A stretch of 64,000 nucleotides of DNA from Candidatus Saccharimonadales bacterium (lineage in GTDB: Bacteria; Patescibacteriota; Saccharimonadia; Saccharimonadales; UBA4665). Positions within the stretch are counted from its first letter, which is position 1, and each line of letters begins with the position of its first letter. The notes beneath the pieces are model-generated. The model was not told where the DNA came from and searched no databases. It saw only the letters and a program-made list of their open reading frames with translations. Positions 57,293 to 64,000 of the stretch are shown here, piece by piece. Location of the stretch: contig DATIHR010000022.1 in NCBI GenBank assembly GCA_035480575.1, forward strand, positions 750 to 64,749, written 5' to 3'. A program made the translations under genes and the position numbers.

Positions 57293-57846
57293 CTACTGTC
57301 CACCCATGAATTTTTTTAGAACTTCAGATAACACAGATCCTGATACTGTAGCGAATGTTGGATTGGCAAGGATATCCTTTAAACTGTCCAAGATTCCATG
57401 TTTATCCGTACCCTCGGGCATAGCCTCAACTTCCTTAAGTAGGCCGGCCATGAACTCGCCAACCGTAATTTGGCAATGGAGCTGTTATCACCAAATGTGG
57501 CGTCGCCGTGGACGGTAACTTGACTAAATTTTGATTGTAGAGTGGCGCGGGCTTCGGCTTGTTTCTGATTTATTAAAGCATCCTGTGCCCGGGCGTCTTC
57601 TGGCATGCGTTCATTCAGGACAACTAAGAGTTCATTGACGGCATCGATTGCGTCGTCGTTATAGTTAGGTCCATCCATTATTACAATGCCCGACTCTAGC
57701 GCACGTTCAAGTATAGACATATTACCATCTCCGTAGGGTTTCACGGCTGCCCTTACATCGTTGGCCCACACGGCAAATTTTGCTGACCCCATTTTGGTGC
57801 CTCGAAGCTCGTTACCTTCTTTTATTAGTGCCTCGAATTCTGACAC
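57293..57846 (-). pseudogene. Island cargo 1, about 184 aa, with an apparent 1-nt frameshift at 57467-57484
   Basis: A protein-like tail QITVGEFMAGLLKEVEAMP...LKKFMGGQ lies in another frame and stops at 57293; span is 554 nt. Confidence 0.65.
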
Positions 57847-57917
57847 TTGACCCTCTTTTCTCCCACATCGCGGTTTTTATTCCTTGGTGCTATCCCCGCA
57901 CAGCAGTATTTAGCCAG

Positions 57918-57946
57918 ATTGTATTATTAGGAAACTATATTGTCAA
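57918..57946 (-). promoter_or_regulatory. Sigma70 promoter of the island cargo
   Basis: TTGACA-17-TACAAT on the minus strand. Confidence 0.75.
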
Positions 57947-57994
57947 TGAAAAAATAATATGCTTATTTTAACCGGTTTAACGATAGTAATTGAA

Positions 57995-58474
57995 TTAGTT
58001 TAGGCTGGAGCGGGTGTATTTTTCGCCGCCCTCAAGCATGGCGACGAGAGTGTAATGTGCGCAGGGGTTCTTTTTGTTGTCACAGGCCGAGCCGTCGGTG
58101 CCGGTCACTTGGTAACTGTAGCATTCGTTGGTGGCTTTGACGGCAAAGCTGGCTTGGTCTTTTTCTTTGCAGGCGGTATTGGCAATTTTCCAGCTTGGGT
58201 CTTGTATAGCATCGTCCTTAAGTCGTTTAAGGTTCGTGCTACGCCAGTTGTTGCTTGCTAGGTTGGCAAATGTGGGGTAGGTATTAGTCTGCGCGTAGTA
58301 TGCCTCTAGTTGGCCTTTTATGGTGTCTATATCTGCTTTGCGCTCGGCATTACGGTTTTTAGCCTGTACGCCGCTGTACGTAAAGGCAATCAGGCTGGCT
58401 AAAATGAACAGTACAATAAGCACCACAAGTAGTTCGATAATGGTAAAACCGGAGGATTTGTGAGGAATTTTCAT
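57995..58474 (-). CDS. Type IV pilin/GspG-like pilin
   Basis: G/FTIIELLVVLIVL; RNAERKADI...LEAYY...YP. Confidence 0.92.
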   Translation of the reverse strand: MKIPHKSSGFTIIELLVVLIVLFILASLIAFTYSGVQAKNRNAERKADIDTIKGQLEAYYAQTNTYPTFANLASNNWRSTNLKRLKDDAIQDPSWKIANTACKEKDQASFAVKATNECYSYQVTGTDGSACDNKKNPCAHYTLVAMLEGGEKYTRSSLN

Positions 58475-58510
58475 AACTTATGTAATTTTACGGCTAGAAC
58501 GTACCTATAA

Positions 58511-59791
58511 TCAAGCCACGGTATGTACTGCCCGTAATACCTCAGTAATGGTGGTTTGCCCGCGCAGTGCTTTAATAAGGCCATCTAGACCCATGGGGAT
58601 AAACCCTTCTTTAATAGCGGCTGTTTGTATGGTTGGCACAGCGTGCATGTCGCGGTCCATAAGGAGTTTGTGTAAGGCGCTGGTGTTTTCTAGTACCTCG
58701 GTAATGGCGGTACGGCCGACATAGCTGCTGCGATCGCAGGTATCGCAGCCTGCTTCGCTTGGCCGCCATAGGTGGGTAATGCTTGTTGGTGTGCTGTTTA
58801 ATTGTTTTACATCACCAAAAATAGCTGGTGCGGCCTGGCTTTCTAGCTCGTAGATTCTTTTGTAGGCATTGGCACCTGTAATACCAAAACTTTCGGCAAG
58901 CTCACGTTGTTCGTCGCGACTGAGGGCGTAGCGCTCACGACAATCGGGGCAGAGCGTTCGCACTAAGCGTTGCCCGACGCTTGCGCGGAGGCAGGTTATG
59001 AGTAAAAACGGTTCTATACCTGCTGCCCGTACGCGTAAGACGGCTCGAACGCTGTTGTCGGCGTGCATGCCACTCAGCAGTAGGTGGCCGCTCGTTGCGG
59101 CATGGACGGCCTGGGCGGCGGTGTCGCTGTCCGGTACATCGCCCAGCATAATGATGTTTGGGTCTTGTTTTAATGCAGCCCGTAGGCCTGTACTCATGGT
59201 CATGGCGCTACTGTCGCCCAGGTAGGTTTGGTTGACACCGGGCAAACGATGTTTGCGCTGCGTCTCGACGGTGGCAATGCTGACGAGCGGGCTGTTTAAG
59301 GCGTGCACCATGCTAAACAGCGTCGTGGCGGTCCCGCCGTGCCGTGGCCCTGCGACTAGCACTAGCCCGGCAGGACTGGTAAGCACGTGCTGCAATGTTT
59401 GCAGGCCTTTGCCCCAAAACCCAAGGTCCGCCAGCGCGGGTGGGGCGCCCCGCCTAATGCTTAGGTGCAGCACTGCTTTCTCGCCGCCAAATACAGGCAT
59501 AGTGGCCACGCGTACCGTCACGTGTCCGCCCTCGGCGTCGGCGACATAGGTACCCTCTTGGGGTGCGCGCGTTTCATTAACGTTCAGGTCGGCAAGTGTT
59601 TTAAGCTGGGCCATTACGCCGCTTAATGAGTCGCGGGGCAGTTTATGGATACCCCGTAAACTGCCATCTATGCGGTAGCGCACCAGCACGAACCGTTCGT
59701 GCGGTTCAATGTGTATATCGCTGGCACCGCGCTTAACGCCCATTGCAACAAGCATGGCGAGCGTTTCCGCAACTTGCTTATCCTTCCTCAT
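58511..59791 (-). CDS. PilB/GspE-family protein with degenerate ATPase motifs
   Basis: [14 protein letters not shown] and [10 protein letters not shown] are present. Walker A reads [10 protein letters not shown] and Walker B reads MLGDVPD. Confidence 0.88.
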   Translation of the reverse strand: MRKDKQVAETLAMLVAMGVKRGASDIHIEPHERFVLVRYRIDGSLRGIHKLPRDSLSGVMAQLKTLADLNVNETRAPQEGTYVADAEGGHVTVRVATMPVFGGEKAVLHLSIRRGAPPALADLGFWGKGLQTLQHVLTSPAGLVLVAGPRHGGTATTLFSMVHALNSPLVSIATVETQRKHRLPGVNQTYLGDSSAMTMSTGLRAALKQDPNIIMLGDVPDSDTAAQAVHAATSGHLLLSGMHADNSVRAVLRVRAAGIEPFLLITCLRASVGQRLVRTLCPDCRERYALSRDEQRELAESFGITGANAYKRIYELESQAAPAIFGDVKQLNSTPTSITHLWRPSEAGCDTCDRSSYVGRTAITEVLENTSALHKLLMDRDMHAVPTIQTAAIKEGFIPMGLDGLIKALRGQTTITEVLRAVHTVA

Positions 59792-59946
59792 TTCCCTTTA
59801 TTATATACGAAACCGTAAGCGGTTTTTTTAGGTTTACTTATTATCCGAGACTTTGGTATAACATATATCGCATAACACTTAAGTTTCTGGTATACTATAT
59901 TGATACGGATAAATCAGTGGGACGAAAGACGATTGGAGGGTACGCT

Positions 59947-60999
59947 ATGGCAGCTGATAAAACTAAAGACTCTAAAGCAACCAAAGAGGCCAAGGCCGCG
60001 GAAATGGCAGGCGGCAGTGACGGTAAAACCAAAGCGCTGGGGATGGCGCTGGAGCAAATCGAAAAGCAGTTTGGTAAAGGCTCCATAATGAAACTGGGCG
60101 AAGGCTACGCCCAAAAGGTAGAGACAACATCTACCGGCAGTATTTCGCTCGACCTTGCCCTTGGCGGCGGTATTCCAAAAGGACGGATTGTAGAAATTTA
60201 TGGCCCGGAGAGCTCGGGCAAGACGACCCTAATGCTCCATGCTATTGCCGAAGTCCAAAGACTGGGCGGCACCGCAGCGTTTATTGATGCCGAGCACGCC
60301 CTAGACCCGGCTTATGCCAAGCGCATTGGTGTCGATGTCGATAACCTGCTGCTTAGCCAACCCGATAACGGCGAGCAAGCACTCGAAATTACCGAAACAC
60401 TGGTGCGCAGCAACGCAGTCGACATTATCGTTGTCGACTCCGTGGCAGCACTCGTACCTCGTGCCGAAATAGAAGGCGACATGGGCGACAGCCTGCCCGG
60501 TCTGCAAGCGCGGCTCATGAGCCAAGCATTACGCAAGCTGACAGGTGTCATTAACCGTAGTAAAGCTACCGTCGTGTTTATTAACCAAATACGCATGAAG
60601 ATTGGCGTTATGTTTGGTAACCCCGAAACCACCACCGGCGGTAATGCGCTCAAGTTTTATGCCAGCGTGCGTATGGATATTCGGCGCATTGGCCAAATTA
60701 AGCAGGCCGAAAGTGTCATTGGCAACCGTACGCGCGTTAAGGTAGTAAAGAACAAGATTGCGCCACCCTTTAGGGAAGCCGAATTCGACATTATGTACAA
60801 CCAGGGCATTAGTAAAAGCGGCGACATCCTGGACCTTGCCACGCAAAACAACATTGTCGAAAAATCCGGCGCCTGGTATGCGTATAACGAACAGAAAATA
60901 GGCCAAGGCCGCGAAGCAGCCAAAGCCTATCTGCAAGAAAACCCCAGCGTCATGGAAGAAATTGCCGTCAAGGTACGCGAAACCGCCAGCAAAGACTAG
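59947..60999 (+). CDS. recA: Recombinase A
   Basis: [17 protein letters not shown] and [10 protein letters not shown]; ATG at 59947. Confidence 0.98.
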   Translation: MAADKTKDSKATKEAKAAEMAGGSDGKTKALGMALEQIEKQFGKGSIMKLGEGYAQKVETTSTGSISLDLALGGGIPKGRIVEIYGPESSGKTTLMLHAIAEVQRLGGTAAFIDAEHALDPAYAKRIGVDVDNLLLSQPDNGEQALEITETLVRSNAVDIIVVDSVAALVPRAEIEGDMGDSLPGLQARLMSQALRKLTGVINRSKATVVFINQIRMKIGVMFGNPETTTGGNALKFYASVRMDIRRIGQIKQAESVIGNRTRVKVVKNKIAPPFREAEFDIMYNQGISKSGDILDLATQNNIVEKSGAWYAYNEQKIGQGREAAKAYLQENPSVMEEIAVKVRETASKD

Positions 61000-61013
61000 T
61001 ACAATATATACCC

Positions 61014-61541
61014 ATGGCAAACCAGTACCCCCCGGTTGTTATTGTTGATGGCGAAGATCAGATAATTGGTGCGGCTACATTGGCCGACGCTTGGGCTAAG
61101 AGCCTGCGGCATCGGATTGTGATTGTTATTGTCGAGGATTACGACGGCCGTATTTTACTGCACCGCCGCGCACCAGACATGCAGTTATTTCCGGGGCGGT
61201 GGGATACCGCCGGCGGGCACGTGGATGTAACGCCAGCGTACTTACGATCTGCGCGCCTAGAACTTTGGGAAGAGGTAGGTGTTCGCGACCTGCCCCTTAA
61301 GCAGGTTGGTTATGTGTACACCGAAGACCCGTACGACAATGGGGTGCGCGCCAAGCGGTTTATTAAAATATATTGGGCACGCTACGATGGCCAAGCGGTA
61401 ACACCTGGCGCGGGCGAAGTAACCGAAACCGGCTGGTTCACACACGATGAAATCGCCAAGCTCGCTGGCGAGCACCCGGAACTAGTCAGCGAGTGCCTCT
61501 ACCGTAGCTTGCCATATATATTGGGCAGTGGAGCGTCATGA
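61014..61541 (+). CDS. NUDIX hydrolase (IDI-like)
   Basis: HRIV...WDTAGGHV...ARLELWEEVG. Confidence 0.85.
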   Translation: MANQYPPVVIVDGEDQIIGAATLADAWAKSLRHRIVIVIVEDYDGRILLHRRAPDMQLFPGRWDTAGGHVDVTPAYLRSARLELWEEVGVRDLPLKQVGYVYTEDPYDNGVRAKRFIKIYWARYDGQAVTPGAGEVTETGWFTHDEIAKLAGEHPELVSECLYRSLPYILGSGAS

Positions 61542-62134
61542 AAGTTACCAACATATTGCAACAGGTTAAACAGCCGGGACGGTATTCGGTATATGTAGAC
61601 GGCAAGTTTGCTTTTGGGCTTAGCGAGTCGGGGTTGCTACAGAGCGGCCTTGCCAGTGGGCAGGAGCTGACCACTACAGAGCTAGCTGCACACAAAAAAG
61701 CCGCCGGCTTAGATAAAGCCTATGGCAATGCGCTGCGCTACGTTGCCATGCGCCCACGCAGCGAATGGGAGTTAACGGAATATTTCAGGCGTAAAGGCAT
61801 AGATGGCGAGGCCACCGCGGTAATTATTAACCGGTTACGGGGTCTTGACCTGCTAAACGACGCCGCATTTGCAAAGGCATGGGTTGCCAACCGGCAAGCC
61901 CTTAAGCCAATCAGTAAGCGTCGGTTGGTGCTAGAACTCAAGCAAAAACACGTAGCAGAAGACATTATAACATCGGCGGTTACGCAAGATAGTAAAGATG
62001 AGCGAAATGCAATAAAAAAGCTTATAGAAAAAAAGCGTAAAAGCTATACAGACCCGCAAAAGCTGCTACAATACTTAGCAAGACAAGGATTTAGCTACGA
62101 TGACATTAAATCCGTCTTGTATAACGATAACTAG
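61538..62134 (+). CDS. recX: RecX regulator
   Basis: RPRSEWEL, LNDAAFAKAW and YLARQGFSYD. Confidence 0.92.
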   Translation: MKVTNILQQVKQPGRYSVYVDGKFAFGLSESGLLQSGLASGQELTTTELAAHKKAAGLDKAYGNALRYVAMRPRSEWELTEYFRRKGIDGEATAVIINRLRGLDLLNDAAFAKAWVANRQALKPISKRRLVLELKQKHVAEDIITSAVTQDSKDERNAIKKLIEKKRKSYTDPQKLLQYLARQGFSYDDIKSVLYNDN

Positions 62135-62203
62135 TTCGATCTTGACGTATGTTCCGATTAGGAATATGATCATTTTTTAACTAATCGACACAAGGGCAGG
62201 GCA

Positions 62204-62536
62204 ATGCAAGAGTATAGTGCTGATAGTGGCAATAGCTTAGTAGAGGACAATGATTGGAAAGATACTGACACATCAGTAGTGTCTGTGCATGATAATCCTT
62301 ACTGGAAGGGACGGATGTGGGCCAAAAATCTGAGAATACAGCAACATGCTGTCGATCCAACAAAACCTGTTATTTGCACGGACGCATTGGGGGCTGTCGC
62401 TTCAGCAGGGCACCTTGAGTTGCCGGTTGCGCCTAACGACTGTAGCGAACTTACCCCACTTAGTCCTATGGGACGCCCTGAATTGCCTCTTGTCGCGGTT
62501 GAACCTGCTCGCGAACTTGTCAGCGCTAACTCCTAG
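62204..62536 (+). CDS. Hypothetical protein
   Basis: TTGACG-17-TATGAT promoter and purine-rich RBS upstream; no recognisable domain. Confidence 0.4.
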   Translation: MQEYSADSGNSLVEDNDWKDTDTSVVSVHDNPYWKGRMWAKNLRIQQHAVDPTKPVICTDALGAVASAGHLELPVAPNDCSELTPLSPMGRPELPLVAVEPARELVSANS

Positions 62537-62544
62537 TTGGCGAA

Positions 62545-63063
62545 TTATGCTGGTACTACACCGGCGTGCGCGTGTACTTTTTGGCGCAGGTCTTGCACGA
62601 CAATCTTTTTGTCGGTAATTTCTACAATTTGCGTGCGGTCTATACCTAAGTTGCCGCCACTGAAGTTCTTAAAAATAGATTGCGTGACGTACATTTTTTG
62701 CACATACATACTGCCGGTTTCGACGGCATAGTCGCTCACCTTGCCTAGTTTTGTTTTATCGGTGGTTTCGACATGCTTGCCGATGAGCTCGAAATTAGCA
62801 GCAAGCACATCTTTCATGCGTACAAGTTCTTCGGGTTCGGTCAGGACGTCTTGGTCGTTTACGACAACTCCTTGAGGCAGCACATCGCGGATATCTTGCG
62901 ACACTAAAATAAGCTCGCGCTTAGAACTGTCTTCGCGGCAAAAAAAGCCTTCTATTTTAAGATTATTCGGGTTAATAATAGGCGTTTCCACAACACCTAC
63001 CTGAGTACCTGTGCGCAAACTAAGCAAAGGGTGGTTAATAATCATGCCACTCAACTGCAACAT
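62545..63063 (-). CDS. Tandem PRC-barrel protein
   Basis: LLSLRTGTQVG...IINPNNLKIEGF and VETTDKTKLGKVSDY. Confidence 0.8.
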   Translation of the reverse strand: MLQLSGMIINHPLLSLRTGTQVGVVETPIINPNNLKIEGFFCREDSSKRELILVSQDIRDVLPQGVVVNDQDVLTEPEELVRMKDVLAANFELIGKHVETTDKTKLGKVSDYAVETGSMYVQKMYVTQSIFKNFSGGNLGIDRTQIVEITDKKIVVQDLRQKVHAHAGVVPA

Positions 63064-63155
63064 ATCACTTAGTATACAACGGGGGCATACAAAGCAGCTA
63101 TATATAATCGTAAAGCTACTTGAGGTTTCGGGGAACATTCGCTACGCTCACCGCT

Positions 63156-64000
63156 GTGTATAAGCCTAGTCTCTATTTTGTCACCCTGTTGCTATTGTGC
63201 CTGGGTTCGTCGACTGTTCCGTTAGTAACTGCCGCGCCGGTAGGGTTGCGCATTAGCGCCTTGCAAACCGGCAGTAGTACGAGCGCGGCCGAAGAGTATA
63301 TAGAGTTGCGTAGCATGGCCGCAGGGCCGATAGATCTGAGCGCATATCGCGTGCAGTTTGCAAGTTCTAGCGCCGTGGATTGGACGGCGCCATCGCGTAC
63401 CGTACCTCTTACGGGTACCGTTGCACCTGGCGCTTCGGTACTCATTGCTAGTAAATATCTGCAAAATGGCACAGAAATTCGCTACAAGGCAGACGTAGCT
63501 AGTACTTGGTTTAGTGCGGGTGTAGCCGCAAAAGGTGGCCGGGCAAGGCTGACCTATACGGCCAATATGCTGCAAGCAGATGGCGGCTGCGCGCCCATAG
63601 TTACGGTGATAGACGAAGTAACTTGGACAAACATGCCGCCTGGCCCTAATGTCCAACTTACTCATGTGTCGCCGGGCGTGGGTGTACTGCCGGACGCTAC
63701 CTGTACGCCCCCGTCCGCACCGGCCTCCCCTCCGCCTACCGGCGCGAGTACGCCAAAGCAACCGCCGAGTATTCCGGCAATGGATACAGGGTTGCTGGCA
63801 CCGCAAATAAGCGAGCTATTCCCTAACCCTGCTGCACCAGCAACCGATACAGCCGACGAATACGTAGAGGTATATAATCCAAACGACGCGCCGTTCGAGC
63901 TGAGCGGCTTTGTGCTTAAGACTGGCCTAAAGGGTACCTATTCGTTTACGTTTTCGCAGGGTACGGTGCTTGCGCCCCATGGTTTTAGCGGGTTTTTAGC
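63156..64000 (+). CDS. Secreted lamin-tail-domain protein, 3'-partial (start may be the TTG at 63120)
   Basis: Signal peptide; EEYIELRS...IDLSAY and ISELFPNP...DEYVEVYNP...ELSGF, i.e. two LTDs. Confidence 0.8.
   Translation, partial: MYKPSLYFVTLLLLCLGSSTVPLVTAAPVGLRISALQTGSSTSAAEEYIELRSMAAGPIDLSAYRVQFASSSAVDWTAPSRTVPLTGTVAPGASVLIASKYLQNGTEIRYKADVASTWFSAGVAAKGGRARLTYTANMLQADGGCAPIVTVIDEVTWTNMPPGPNVQLTHVSPGVGVLPDATCTPPSAPASPPPTGASTPKQPPSIPAMDTGLLAPQISELFPNPAAPATDTADEYVEVYNPNDAPFELSGFVLKTGLKGTYSFTFSQGTVLAPHGFSGFL

Larger units (their letters stand above)
56438..57994. mobile_element. Micro-island inserted at the pilin 3' end, carrying no recombinase
   Basis: Flanked by 51-bp direct repeats; has its own promoter, two cargo genes, a REP-like hairpin and an AT-rich segment. 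Confidence 0.75.

Noticed and set aside
1-64000. CRISPR array, rRNA, tmRNA, RNase P RNA, IS transposase
   Set aside because: No regularly spaced repeat-spacer array or recognisable signature seen by eye. An Infernal run could still find small RNAs.

Overview
Bacterial chromosome segment, most likely Candidatus Saccharibacteria (TM7, Patescibacteria/CPR). This is inferred from the gene repertoire: short TilS and HrcA, ComEC without a beta-lactamase domain, several prepilin-type proteins, a lamin-tail protein and many ORFans. From left to right: (1) a 5'-truncated PA14/Rhs polymorphic toxin with a DUF4258-like tip, DUF2283 partner and further immunity-like genes, then a large serine recombinase whose last codons overlap the 3' end of tRNA-Ile2(CAU); (2) an accessory stretch with ftsB, a putative copper cluster, a prepilin-M23-like protein, a PD-(D/E)XK-like paralogue pair, tRNA-fMet, tRNA-Met and an APH kinase; (3) core genes tilS, ftsH, murJ, lepA, two gmk-like genes and hrcA-grpE-dnaK-dnaJ with CIRCE operators; (4) a cluster of three ATP-grasp ligases with a RimB-like protease and a DUF3541-like gene; (5) yefM-yoeB next to tRNA-Lys, comEC, three tandem paralogues and yebC-ruvC-ruvA-ruvB; (6) a 1.6-kb micro-island in the 3' end of a pilin gene, a degenerate PilB, recA, recX and a partial LTD protein. 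The most unusual signal is a recurring DNA architecture. The 3' ends of a pilin gene and of tRNA genes are accompanied by nearby inverted, degenerate copies of themselves that form long hairpins, beside small cargo genes. Family names come from motif recall, not database searches.
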